Source: an uncultured bacterium
Lineage (GTDB): Bacteria > Latescibacterota > MWCZ01
Length of the DNA stretch: 43,786 nucleotides
Direction of reading: 5' to 3'
NCBI GenBank assembly: GCA_964635955.1
Contig: CAZWQW010000016.1
Coordinates: 1-43,786, forward strand
Shown here: piece by piece, positions 32,386 to 40,947 of the stretch
Layout of the letters: the number at the start of each line of letters is the position of its first letter
Numbering within the stretch: position 1 is the stretch's first letter
Position numbers and translations under genes: made by a program
Notes under the pieces: generated by a model
Told to the model about the DNA's origin: nothing
Seen by the model: the letters and a program-made list of their open reading frames with translations, nothing else
Databases searched by the model: none

Positions 32386-33333
32386 TTACGCCGTCATGAC
32401 TTTCTTGGTGTATTCGATCCAAGCGCCGTAGATGTACACCGCGTCACCATCGTTTTCCCCGCCGAGGGCGAGGACGACCGACAGGGTGCCGGGGGCCGGA
32501 AGAACGCCGTCCGCGCCGCACGTGAACACGAGTTCGGACGCGGCCTGCGTGATCGCTGTAGCGGCGGTGTCCTGGATGTCGGCGTTCGCGGTGTCGCCTG
32601 CCGCGCACGGGTAGACCTCACAATCGAGGGTAAGTTCGTCGTTGTTCGCCGCCTTGCCCGCGAGGACGTGGACCGTAATGGCTTTTGTGTTGTCGAGGTC
32701 CTGCGGGATGGGCGTGGTGAATTGCAGACTTTCCCCCGCCGTGCAGCCGATGGGAATATCGATGACAATTTCTTTGTTGGCGAGCTGGGCGAATCCCGCA
32801 ACGGTCGAGGCCTGCTTCGTCATGGCGGTGCCGTCCTCGTTGGTGATTGCCGTGAGAGGGATCGGGATCGTCGCCTGAGCGGTAACGGCGTCGGCTTCGA
32901 GGGCGGTGATGCGGGCTTCGTGGTCGCCTACGTCGGCCTTCTGCAAAAACGGCTTGAACTGGACCCATGTATGAGCGCCGGCCGTGCCGCCGAAAGCGGT
33001 GATTTTGCCGATGGCGTAGGCCTGGGACGCGGAACTTTCGAGGGTTCCCGCGACGGACGAAGAGCCGGGCTTGAAATACAGGGTGTTCCCGACGACGAAG
33101 GTTGCGGCGGTATTGATCTGCGCGGTCTTGATTTCGCGTTCGTGGTCGATGCCGATGTATCCGGTCGCGAGATTGGCGATGCCATCGACTTCCTGCACCT
33201 CACCGAGCCAGCCGTCGAGATAGACGATTTCCGCGAGTTCGGCGGTGCGGCCGAGGTTGTTGGTGACCTTCACGGACTTGATGCCGAGAAACGGGGTCGA
33301 GAACATGTATTCGTTCGGGTAATACGTGGTCAT
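32386..33333 (-). CDS. head decoration protein (DUF2190-like N-domain) with a C-terminal extension
   Basis: Position between the protease and capsid genes. The N-terminal region is beta-rich. GAGGAGG ribosome-binding site. Confidence 0.5.
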   Translation of the reverse strand: MTTYYPNEYMFSTPFLGIKSVKVTNNLGRTAELAEIVYLDGWLGEVQEVDGIANLATGYIGIDHEREIKTAQINTAATFVVGNTLYFKPGSSSVAGTLESSASQAYAIGKITAFGGTAGAHTWVQFKPFLQKADVGDHEARITALEADAVTAQATIPIPLTAITNEDGTAMTKQASTVAGFAQLANKEIVIDIPIGCTAGESLQFTTPIPQDLDNTKAITVHVLAGKAANNDELTLDCEVYPCAAGDTANADIQDTAATAITQAASELVFTCGADGVLPAPGTLSVVLALGGENDGDAVYIYGAWIEYTKKVMTA

Positions 33334-33336
33334 GGG

Positions 33337-34455
33337 TTAAACCTCCTCGATTTGGCCGGGCTTCCATTCGGCCTTGACTTCAGTCTGCTTGGCGGGATCG
33401 TCGCTTTCACCGCTGCCGGTATTCGTGATTCCGGTGGCGACATGACCGGCGCTGTCGAGATCGGCGTCGAGCAGGGACATGGCGGCGTCCTGGATGGTGA
33501 CAACCTCTTCGCCGTCCTTCATGCCCTTGACGATTCGCGCCACGATGGTGTCGCGGGTTTTCATGGAGGGTTTCTCCATGAGGATGAGGCATTTAGTCAC
33601 CCGTTCGTTTTCTTTCTTCACCCCGGCGGCGACGGCCTCCGCGTAGAGGGCGGGTTCTTTCGCTTTGAGCTCTTCGAGCGTCATATGCGTTTTACCTTCT
33701 TTTCCTTCCCCTTCCGGGGTGGTTATTGATTGTCCGGCAACGCCGGGGGTTTGCTGGTTTTCGGTTTCGGTGGTATGGGTCGCATGTGCGGACTTTACGA
33801 GCGGGCGGATGAGGGCGGCGGCCTTGTCGATGTCCTCGGGCGTCTCGGCGTCGCTCATGAGCTTTTGCATCTTGACGAATTCCACGCGGGCGGCACCGAT
33901 CGCGGCGGCTTTGTCTTTCGCCGAGGCGGACGGCTTGCCTTTGTCGTCGGTCGATTCGATGATTTCGTCGACGAAACCGGCCTCTTTGATTTCCTCGCCG
34001 AAAAGCCAGGTCTCGGCGTCCATCATCGCGACGATCTCGGCGCGGGATTTTCGGGAGCGTTTGACGTATGCGTCCGCGAGCAAGGACGCGAGGCCCTTGA
34101 GGAAATCGGCGGTTTTTTGCGCTTCGCGATGATCGCCAATCGAAGCGCTCCACGGGTTATGAATCATAAAAACGGCATTGTCTTCGGCGCGGACTTTGTC
34201 GGCGACGGGAACGGCGGCGATATACGAGGCCATGCTCGCGGCAAGGCCCTTGAGGGTGATGGTGATTTGCGCCTTGGGGAAATCGCGGCGGTAATCGCGG
34301 ATTTGGTTGAAAATGTCGATGCCGTCGAAAACCGAGCCGCCGGGGGAGGCGATTTGTATGTCGAGGTCTTCGCCGCCCGCATCCTTGAGGTCGATGGCGA
34401 TTGAGCCGGACGAATAGTCGTATCCGATATAACCGGCGATTCGTATTTTCTTCAA
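33337..34455 (-). CDS. ClpP/S49-type head maturation protease fused to a scaffold-like C-terminal region
   Basis: DIQIASPGGSVFDGIDIFNQI and GLAASMASYIA form the Ser-protease core. The likely start is TTG 34455, after AGGAGGG. The longer track ORF reaches 34515. Confidence 0.75.
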   Translation of the reverse strand: MKKIRIAGYIGYDYSSGSIAIDLKDAGGEDLDIQIASPGGSVFDGIDIFNQIRDYRRDFPKAQITITLKGLAASMASYIAAVPVADKVRAEDNAVFMIHNPWSASIGDHREAQKTADFLKGLASLLADAYVKRSRKSRAEIVAMMDAETWLFGEEIKEAGFVDEIIESTDDKGKPSASAKDKAAAIGAARVEFVKMQKLMSDAETPEDIDKAAALIRPLVKSAHATHTTETENQQTPGVAGQSITTPEGEGKEGKTHMTLEELKAKEPALYAEAVAAGVKKENERVTKCLILMEKPSMKTRDTIVARIVKGMKDGEEVVTIQDAAMSLLDADLDSAGHVATGITNTGSGESDDPAKQTEVKAEWKPGQIEEV

Positions 34456-34591
34456 ACCGTTGTCCCTCCTGCGGGCGGAATAAAAAAAAGGCGGCAAGCA
34501 AAGGGCCTTTTTCAAGGTCTTTTGCCTACCGCCTCTTGGTCTTCAAGTCGGCGTTTCGGGCTACACAAGCCCTACAAACTGTAAAACCGAT

Positions 34592-34750
34592 TCATTTTTC
34601 CGGTCGGATAAGCTCCGATTTTTCGGTGAGCACCTGTACCGCTTTTCCGCCCTGAATGGTGACGATCACTTTTCCGTGGGCGGTGTCCTTGACTATCTCG
34701 TCGATTCGTCGGTCGATGATGTTAAGGATTTTCTTTCGTTCAGCGTCCAC
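34592..34750 (-). CDS. YezD-like (DUF2292) small protein, 52 aa (below the ORF-track cutoff)
   Basis: GTG 34750 lies directly after an in-frame TAG. HGKVIVTIQGGKAVQVLTEKSELI matches the YezD pattern. Confidence 0.4.
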   Translation of the reverse strand: MDAERKKILNIIDRRIDEIVKDTAHGKVIVTIQGGKAVQVLTEKSELIRPEK

Positions 34751-34802
34751 CTATCACCCCTATAGTGTAGCATGCGCCCACGGCCTTTGCTAACACGTTT
34801 TT

Positions 34803-34961
34803 TCAATCCGCGCCGTCGAGCGGGTTGGTTTCGCCTTTTTCTTCCCGTTCGGCCGTTGTCTGTTCGAGCCGGTCCAGTTCCCGCATTTCGTCGAGGTCGG
34901 CGGTTTCCTCGATTTCGCGGGCTTTTTTCAGCCGCTTACCTTGACGCTTGGTAGAGGCCAT
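34803..34961 (-). CDS. hypothetical acidic small protein
   Basis: ATG 34961 begins MASTKRQGKRLKK. Third-position GC is high by eye. Confidence 0.4.
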   Translation of the reverse strand: MASTKRQGKRLKKAREIEETADLDEMRELDRLEQTTAEREEKGETNPLDGAD

Positions 34962-35358
34962 AGCCCGCTCCGAGGACGCCGAGGATTCGCCAAAACCATG
35001 TTTCAATCCGGTTTGCTGTTTTTGCGTTTTCGGCTTCTTCGCTGTAGCTCTCCGATAATTTCAGCGCTCCGGTCAAGAGATTCCCCTGAACGTTGTAGAG
35101 ATTCGCCATTTGATCGAGCGATTGCGTCAATAGCTGAGACTGCACCCCGAGCTGTAGATTGTTCAGCCTCATAGTCTCGTTTTCCGTTTTCAGCTTGCTG
35201 TTTTCCTTGTTCAATTCGGTCAAAAGTTCCTCGTCCGTCATCATTTGATACGGCCTGATTTCCTCCGCCCGTGCTTTTCCGGCCAATGATAAAAGCGCCA
35301 ATACCGAGAGCAAGAGCGCCAAGAACGGCACATATCGATTTGAATTTGGTCCACACAT
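34936..35358 (-). CDS. coiled-coil envelope protein with an N-terminal signal/anchor and a C-terminal TM helix (spanin-like candidate)
   Basis: AAGGGGAGGG ribosome-binding site. N-terminal hydrophobic segment FLALLLSVLALLSLAG. Heptad-rich middle. C-terminal WFWRILGVLGAGYGLY. Third-position GC is clearly higher than in the overlapping frame 35003..35356. Confidence 0.55.
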   Translation of the reverse strand: MCGPNSNRYVPFLALLLSVLALLSLAGKARAEEIRPYQMMTDEELLTELNKENSKLKTENETMRLNNLQLGVQSQLLTQSLDQMANLYNVQGNLLTGALKLSESYSEEAENAKTANRIETWFWRILGVLGAGYGLYQASR

Positions 35359-35474
35359 TGATACCCTCCCCTTATTGCGGATTGCCGATGTTATGCCGCC
35401 GCATGAAAAGAATCACGGCGACCACGAGAACGACGACAAGCCCGATACCGCAGAAAAACCGATCCAGAACATTT

Positions 35475-35735
35475 TTACCCTTCCTTGCGGTTTCCGAAAA
35501 ACCGCTGCATGATCGTTTCGTAGCTGAGTTGAGAGACCGCCAAGAAGCCCGCCGCGTTTCGTATCGCTTCCGGGGCGAAGGCGTAGCCTATAGCGATAGC
35601 CGGGGCCGTGATTGCCCACACCCATGACGGGGCCTTGGCGAAAAGCCCCTTGAGCCATTGCACGAGACCGACGACGACGACGGCCCCTTGAAGCCATGCG
35701 CCAAAATCGGCCGTGAAATTGATGATTGCGTCCAA
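35475..35735 (-). CDS. holin-like membrane protein
   Basis: 86 aa with 2-3 hydrophobic helices (AWLQGAVVVVGLVQWL, SWVWAITAPAIAIGYAF). Confidence 0.5.
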   Translation of the reverse strand: MDAIINFTADFGAWLQGAVVVVGLVQWLKGLFAKAPSWVWAITAPAIAIGYAFAPEAIRNAAGFLAVSQLSYETIMQRFFGNRKEG

Positions 35736-35750
35736 TTTTTCCTCCTTTTT

Positions 35751-36722
35751 TTACAAGAGCCGATAGTTTACGATTTTACGATTTCGGACGTTGTAATATT
35801 CGTCTTCCATCGTGATTTCGGCGAAACCGTGGTTCCATTTGTTGAGCGGCATGTACTGCGGATGAAGGCCGCAAAGACAGCCGAGCGACCAGCAGGAGGT
35901 AGTTTTCCCGGCGATGTCGGGCTCCGTGTGGTCGCTCGATTGGTGGAAGTGGCCGCACAAGGCGGATTTCTTGGCACGGAGATACAGACCGCGTGCCGGG
36001 TTTACGGGGTTGGATATGGCGAAGCGGTACTCGTGGCCGTGGATGAGATTGAGGTGGCCAGCGCGGATGACGCGCTTATTTTGGACGATTTCTACGCCGA
36101 AATCCGCGAGGCCGAGAACCGCGTCGAGGTGGACCTGTTCGAGGGAAAAAAGCGCCGGGGCGTTTTGCATGATGTAATTGTCAAAACGTTCGTCGTGGTT
36201 GCCGTATTTGTAGACGATGCTGGCCTTTGGAACGGCCTTGCGCATGACGATGAGGATTTCGCGGAAGGTGGCGATTTCCTCGGCCGCGTCGCGGGAGCGG
36301 GGGTCCTTGAGGAAAACCGAGAGGAGGTAAAAATCAAGCCAGTCGCCGAGGAGGAGAATTGTTTTTGCCTTCATCGCGCGGGCGCGTTCTATGAAAATTT
36401 CGAGCGCGTCTTGATCGTGGTAGGGGATGTGCGCGTCGGCGCCGACGATGAGCGGGTAGCTATCGGCGGGGAGGATGTACGGTTCATAATTTTCCGGTTC
36501 GCCGGGAGGGAGAGAGACACGGGGCGTGTAATTTTCAGAGGCAAGATTTTTGCGGTTCTTCTCGCCGATTGCGCCACGATAATAGCGAACAAGAGCGCGG
36601 GCGGTGTCGTAGGATTTGAACAGCCCCGGAACGTCGACAATGATCGTTTCGGCGAGTTTCTTCGACGAGACCGATGGGAATTTGCGGAGGTATTCTTTTA
36701 CGATTTCGCCTTGCGTGGGCAT
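35751..36722 (-). CDS. calcineurin-like metallophosphoesterase
   Basis: Motifs GADAHIPYHD, GDWLD, GNHDERF, HGH and GHFH occur in canonical order. Start taken at ATG 36722. Confidence 0.75.
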   Translation of the reverse strand: MPTQGEIVKEYLRKFPSVSSKKLAETIIVDVPGLFKSYDTARALVRYYRGAIGEKNRKNLASENYTPRVSLPPGEPENYEPYILPADSYPLIVGADAHIPYHDQDALEIFIERARAMKAKTILLLGDWLDFYLLSVFLKDPRSRDAAEEIATFREILIVMRKAVPKASIVYKYGNHDERFDNYIMQNAPALFSLEQVHLDAVLGLADFGVEIVQNKRVIRAGHLNLIHGHEYRFAISNPVNPARGLYLRAKKSALCGHFHQSSDHTEPDIAGKTTSCWSLGCLCGLHPQYMPLNKWNHGFAEITMEDEYYNVRNRKIVNYRLL

Positions 36723-37036
36723 TCGCCTTCCTTTCTTTCCGCCAAGAGGCAGACGAGAAGATCGAGATAGTTTTGCGCGTCCATGATGCGGCCTTCGATC
36801 GGTTCTGAGCCGATCTGTTTGCATCCGCCCTTGATGAAGTGGCGAATCGAGCGAAGGTGTTTGGAGAGGTAGACGAGGAGGACTTGCTCCGGGGTCGTCC
36901 CCGTTTCGGCCGCGATTTCCTTGAAGTTGGCAAGACGGTCCGCGCTGTCGGCGTACTCGGGTCCTTTCACTTCGCACATTTTGAGGCGGGCTTCCGTGTG
37001 GGTGAAAATTACGTCGTCGGCTTTGTTAAAAGTCAT
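36698..37036 (-). CDS. all-alpha NTP-pyrophosphohydrolase-like protein (MazG/DUF1599-like)
   Basis: KGPEYADSADRLANFKEIA...LSKHLRSIRHF...EPIEGRIMDAQNYLDLL resembles the MazG-type helix pattern. Confidence 0.4.
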   Translation of the reverse strand: MTFNKADDVIFTHTEARLKMCEVKGPEYADSADRLANFKEIAAETGTTPEQVLLVYLSKHLRSIRHFIKGGCKQIGSEPIEGRIMDAQNYLDLLVCLLAERKEGECPRKAKS

Positions 37037-37442
37037 GGTAGTTTTCCTTTCCCACGTAGGGGTAGGGTTGGCCTTCCTTGAAGGTGAAAACCTTAAGGCC
37101 GAGCCAGGTGGCGAGCGTCAATTCTTTGTTCGCGCCTTCGGATTTTTCCCACCCCGGCAAGAGGGCGATGGCGTCGCATCGGAGGAGGTGGCGGAAATCT
37201 TCGCGGAGGTATTCGGCGACGGCACACGAAGGCGCGAGGTCGTCGATTGATTCGAGCATTTCCTCAATGCGGGCGTCGCGGGGGATGAGGTTCTTTTTTT
37301 TCCATAGGGCGAAAGAGATACGGGCGGGGTTGACAGGAACGTGTCCTTCTTCAAGGCTAAAAATCGAGTCTTCCGCCGCCAAGAACGCCGGGAAATTGCA
37401 CTGCGGGATCCCGCGCATGGGGCCGGCGAGGTAGATTCTCAT
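37026..37442 (-). CDS. DUF4406 / nucleoside 2-deoxyribosyltransferase-like protein
   Basis: MRIYLAGPMRGIPQCNFPAF...VPVNP is the characteristic N-terminus. ATGA overlap with the endolysin stop. Confidence 0.55.
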   Translation of the reverse strand: MRIYLAGPMRGIPQCNFPAFLAAEDSIFSLEEGHVPVNPARISFALWKKKNLIPRDARIEEMLESIDDLAPSCAVAEYLREDFRHLLRCDAIALLPGWEKSEGANKELTLATWLGLKVFTFKEGQPYPYVGKENYHDF

Positions 37443-37870
37443 TCGGTGACCTCGAAATGGGGAAGGTCTCGTTCCTTCCATCGGCCACCCCACGAGAAAC
37501 CGCAGGACTCGCCGATTGTGCCGATCTTTTCCCACGTCTCGAAAGGCGCGTTCCAGTCGATATGTCCCGCGTCGTTGAGCGGGGCGATGTCGATAGCAAG
37601 ACCCGAGAGGTGGCGGGATTGGAGCGTCCAGGTGATGACCTTTTTATTTTCATCGGGGCCGATTTCCCACAGGCCCGCCTCCCGGCGTAATTGGTTTGTT
37701 TTTTCGATCGGGGCGCGGCCTTGTGAGTAGTAGGCTTTTTGTACGTTGAGCGTTCGGACGGTTTCCAGGATGTAATATTTTACACCGGCCGCATCGAGCG
37801 CGGCGACGAATGAGCGGGCCTTTTCGCGGGCCGCGTCTGCCATGCTTTCTATGTCGCGGTGGAGTCCCAT
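37439..37870 (-). CDS. endolysin, peptidase M15 (L-alanyl-D-glutamate / D-Ala-D-Ala peptidase type)
   Basis: SRHLSGLAIDI (the His/Asp zinc ligands) and DLPHFE. AGGAGGG ribosome-binding site. Confidence 0.8.
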   Translation of the reverse strand: MGLHRDIESMADAAREKARSFVAALDAAGVKYYILETVRTLNVQKAYYSQGRAPIEKTNQLRREAGLWEIGPDENKKVITWTLQSRHLSGLAIDIAPLNDAGHIDWNAPFETWEKIGTIGESCGFSWGGRWKERDLPHFEVTE

Positions 37871-37881
37871 GTGTCACCCTC

Positions 37882-38145
37882 CTATTTTTTTATCAAGAAA
37901 TCCGTGAATTCCTTTTGACTCGATTCGAGGTCCTCAAGAACGGTAGAAACGTTTCCGTTGGTTTTTCCGTCGCGTAGGGCCATGACGATTAATCTAAGGG
38001 CGTTGAGCTGGATTCCTTGCGAGCGGAAAAGGAATTGCAGTTGCTCTTTCGTCGTGTTGCGGAATTTCCACCGGAGCCAGTTGAGCGCCCAGCCGACGAC
38101 GATGCAGACGGCGGCTATAATGGCTTGGTCGAGGTAGTTTTGCAT
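37882..38145 (-). CDS. membrane protein upstream of the endolysin (holin candidate)
   Basis: N-terminal TM helix AIIAAVCIVVGWALNWL. TAATG overlap with the portal stop. Confidence 0.45.
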   Translation of the reverse strand: MQNYLDQAIIAAVCIVVGWALNWLRWKFRNTTKEQLQFLFRSQGIQLNALRLIVMALRDGKTNGNVSTVLEDLESSQKEFTDFLIKK

Positions 38146-39734
38146 TATTTATCGTCCTCCTCGTCACCATCGTCTTCGTCGTCATGGTTGTCGCCGCCCG
38201 CGCCCGTGTTCGGTTGCGCTTGCTTGATGCGTTCGAGCGGTTCATTTGCCGCCGCGATTTGCGCGAGTTCGTCTTTTATGATCGCAAGATTTTCCTGGTA
38301 GTCGCCGCCGCCCCGTTCTGCGGTGATCTGGTGGCCGGTTTTGTAGCCGAGCTTTTGTTCTTTTTCGTGGGCGTTGACGAGCTTGAGCGGATCGATGTTC
38401 GGAAGCGGGTTGCCGATCCACCGGGCCCCGGCCCAAAAATTACGCGTCTCTTCGTCGTCGTAAAAACCGGGGGCGTCTATTTTGGCGCGGTCGATTTCGC
38501 CGTAGAGCCACATTTTATAAATGTCGTCGTCGAGGTCCCAGCCGTGATTGTCGCGGAAGCGGTCGACGGCCATCCAGAGGATGAGGAGTTCGCCGCGAGC
38601 GCCGGAATACGAGGCGTTGAATTCGAGGTCGGCGGCGGATTTCGCCATACTACGAGAGGAGAAAATGTTTTTCTTCACCGCGTCGAAGAAATTGGAAAAG
38701 CCGGCGTTCGGGCGTTTGGTGTCGAAAGACTGCACCTTGTGACCGGCCGGGAGGCCGTCGAGGATCATGCCGCCTTTGGAATAATCGACGGAGGAAAACT
38801 TGTCTACGTATTCGTCGGTTACTTTTGACGTGTCAGCGCCTTCGACTTGCGCGGCGGATTTGAGTTGTGCCCCGGCCCCGACAGTTGGTACTCCGTCTTC
38901 GTTCACGGGCGGTTCCACCCATACGGCGAAAAGGGCGTTGACGATGGCGGCCTGGAGTTCGAGGACCTCATAGTCACCAAGTTTGGTAAATTCGTGGATG
39001 CAGTTGGCGAGGTAGGGGACGCCGCGCCGTTGCTTGTCGTCGATGGCGAGAAAATTGTGAACCATGAAAACGCGGCCGGACTTACTGCCGAAGCGGGGGA
39101 CGCGGGTCGTGTTGCCGGTTTTGTCGTCGTAGATATTGTAGGCGACGGCGCGGCCTGCGGGGTCGTATTCGATGCCGTTTACGAGTTCGTTGCCGTTCGT
39201 CGGGGTGTCGCCGCCTGCGATGTTTTCGGGCGGGATGATCTGGACGGTGAGCGGGTTTTTTTTGCCGGTCGCGGCGTAGCGGAGGAGGAGAAAATACTCG
39301 CCGTCCTTGAGGAGGTTGAAAAAACACTTGCGGTCGATTTGATACCAATTTTCTTTTTTCGCGTAGCCGGGGGCGTAGCTTTTCGCCCAGGAGTGGTAGC
39401 GCTTTTCGGTGCGTTTCACCCATTCGCGTTGGAGATTCACGTCGCGGCCGTACTTGCCGCCGATTTGCGACCATACAGGTTCGGCCTGGAGGCGGAGACC
39501 GGAACCTACGACGAGATCGACGAAACGGTCGAGGATCGCGGAGGCGGCGGGGGACTCGAAATAGACGATCCGCGAGAGGCGGCGGAGTTTGGCATTATCG
39601 GAAGACCAGAAGGATTTATAGCGGCGGAGAGCTCCGTCGAATTTCTCCGCCTCGGGGTAGAGTTCGGCGGTCATCGAACCTTGAGAGGAGAAGCGGGAAA
39701 GCATTTTGTTTGCGATGCGTTCCTTGACTCGCAT
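38145..39734 (-). CDS. portal protein (lambda gpB family). The true start may lie upstream, see findings.
   Basis: 529 aa, positioned after the terminase and gpW-like genes, with an acidic C-terminus. In-frame coding-like sequence continues to 39842 without an ATG, GTG or TTG. Confidence 0.8.
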   Translation of the reverse strand: MRVKERIANKMLSRFSSQGSMTAELYPEAEKFDGALRRYKSFWSSDNAKLRRLSRIVYFESPAASAILDRFVDLVVGSGLRLQAEPVWSQIGGKYGRDVNLQREWVKRTEKRYHSWAKSYAPGYAKKENWYQIDRKCFFNLLKDGEYFLLLRYAATGKKNPLTVQIIPPENIAGGDTPTNGNELVNGIEYDPAGRAVAYNIYDDKTGNTTRVPRFGSKSGRVFMVHNFLAIDDKQRRGVPYLANCIHEFTKLGDYEVLELQAAIVNALFAVWVEPPVNEDGVPTVGAGAQLKSAAQVEGADTSKVTDEYVDKFSSVDYSKGGMILDGLPAGHKVQSFDTKRPNAGFSNFFDAVKKNIFSSRSMAKSAADLEFNASYSGARGELLILWMAVDRFRDNHGWDLDDDIYKMWLYGEIDRAKIDAPGFYDDEETRNFWAGARWIGNPLPNIDPLKLVNAHEKEQKLGYKTGHQITAERGGGDYQENLAIIKDELAQIAAANEPLERIKQAQPNTGAGGDNHDDEDDGDEEDDK

Positions 39735-39838
39735 GTGGGCGACGGTCGAGCGGAGGCGGGCGGTCTCGTTGTTGAGGCGGGCGATTTCAAGCGCCTTGGA
39801 GTTGTTGCCGCCGAATATACCGGCGAAGAGGTTTTTAA

Positions 39839-40105
39839 TCAGGGTACATAATTCCCGCTCATCACTCTAAAATTCGTGTCACCTGTTAATTCTTGATATG
39901 CCTTCAAATAGGCCTGATAAATACTCGCCACGGTTTCGGGATTTTCGGGCGGCTTCACCGACTGCCTGCCTTGGGTTGTATCGAGGGAATACTCGCCGTC
40001 GGCCGCGCGCTCGCTTCTTGTTTCCCATTCCAGGACTTTTACCAGCAGGCCGGGAATGTCGTTTTTGTAAATAGCTTTTATCGATTGCGCGGATAGTTTG
40101 GCCAC
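39839..40105 (-). CDS. head-tail joining protein (gpW-like, by position)
   Basis: 88-aa ORF between the terminase and portal genes. GTG start lies 6 nt after TGGTATACT. Confidence 0.45.
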   Translation of the reverse strand: MAKLSAQSIKAIYKNDIPGLLVKVLEWETRSERAADGEYSLDTTQGRQSVKPPENPETVASIYQAYLKAYQELTGDTNFRVMSGNYVP

Positions 40106-40141
40106 GGGTTAAGTATACCACGCACGGAAACGGTTTGATAA
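40106..40141 (-). promoter_or_regulatory. extended -10 promoter abutting the gpW-like start (leaderless arrangement)
   Basis: TTATCA (40141-40136), 18 nt, TGG-TATACT (40120-40112), 6 nt, GTG 40105. Confidence 0.5.
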
Positions 40142-40168
40142 CACGTTTTCTGCGGGTTGACGGACGAT

Positions 40169-40912
40169 TTACAAAAGTCCCATTTGGCGGAGTTGTTGTT
40201 GCGCGGCCCAAGTAAAAATTCTTTCCATCGTCGCGCCATCGAGCTTTTCAACGGCGTCGCCGAAGAGGGGGCGGGGTTTTACCCTCATGCTTTTTTTCTT
40301 GAGGTCGCGGACTTGGCGGACGTTCGGCTTTTTCCCGCCGGTTACGCCGACGAGGATGTCGCCGATTACCGCAGTTGCGCCGGACGGGATTTTCCCGCGC
40401 TTCCGCATGTTGGCGAGGGCGGCGTATTGCTGGCGGGGGTTGAGACCTACGCGGGCGTCGAATTTTATCGGTTCGTTTTTTTCGAGACGGAATCTTGAAG
40501 CGACGGGGTTTTTCCTGCTCTCGCCGGTTCTTGACGTGTCGAGCGGGATCGGGACGCGGCCGGCGGTTTTTTTATCGCCTTTCCTGGTCTCGCCGAATTC
40601 CATGATGCCGAGGTAATGCATTTTGCCGTCTTTGTTGAGAACTCCGACAACGGCGTTGATGTCCTGCATCTTGCGGAGCGTCGTACCGTCGGAGCGTGTC
40701 GCGTGGGCCTGCCAAACGCGGACGGCCTTGAGGGTGTAGCCCTTGGCGCGGAGCTTGGTTTTGTTTTCGAGGTTTTTGGTGTAGCGCTTTTTGATGATCG
40801 TCGCGCCTTTGTTGATCGCCATGGCCCCAGCGACCTGGAGCGCGGCGCCTGCTTTGCGGAGGGTGCGGAGAAAGTGCGGGAGGTTGTCGCTGTAACGGAT
40901 CGCGGCGGCCAT
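40169..40912 (-). CDS. hypothetical virion-module protein
   Basis: 247-aa basic ORF between the terminase and gpW-like genes. ATG lies 6 nt after TATACT. Confidence 0.5.
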   Translation of the reverse strand: MAAAIRYSDNLPHFLRTLRKAGAALQVAGAMAINKGATIIKKRYTKNLENKTKLRAKGYTLKAVRVWQAHATRSDGTTLRKMQDINAVVGVLNKDGKMHYLGIMEFGETRKGDKKTAGRVPIPLDTSRTGESRKNPVASRFRLEKNEPIKFDARVGLNPRQQYAALANMRKRGKIPSGATAVIGDILVGVTGGKKPNVRQVRDLKKKSMRVKPRPLFGDAVEKLDGATMERIFTWAAQQQLRQMGLL

Positions 40913-40947
40913 GGTTCAAGTATAGTCCGCACATGCGGACTTTTCAA
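40913..40947 (-). promoter_or_regulatory. sigma70-like promoter abutting the start codon (leaderless arrangement)
   Basis: TTGAAA (40947-40942, containing the terminase TGA), a 17-nt spacer forming the hairpin AGTCCGC-atgt-GCGGACT, TATACT (40924-40919), 6 nt, ATG 40912. Confidence 0.5.

Noticed and set aside
34484-34515. Protease start at TTG 34515, and the A/T-rich hairpin (AAAAAGGC...GCCTTTTT) as a strong terminator
   Set aside because: TTG 34455 has a much better AGGAGGG site. The hairpin is AT-rich with a 12-nt loop and is only a weak terminator candidate.
35003-35356. Alternative frame 35003..35356 (minus strand, N-terminal TM plus charged region, Rz-like) overlapping 34936..35358
   Set aside because: By eye, third-position GC is much lower than in the 34936..35358 frame, which also has a strong ribosome-binding site and heptad repeats. 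An embedded-gene arrangement cannot be fully excluded.
21533-39851. Long plus-strand ORFs opposite the late genes (21533..22270, 22334..22987, 23095..23664, 24197..24787, 25409..26170, 28390..29505, 31054..32010, 32221..33729, 33730..34404, 35658..36770, 38184..38828, 38847..39851, 40956..41654)
   Set aside because: They are antisense shadows of recognisable structural or lysis genes, with a Gly/Arg/Val/Asp-rich composition. The late module is a tightly coupled minus-strand operon.
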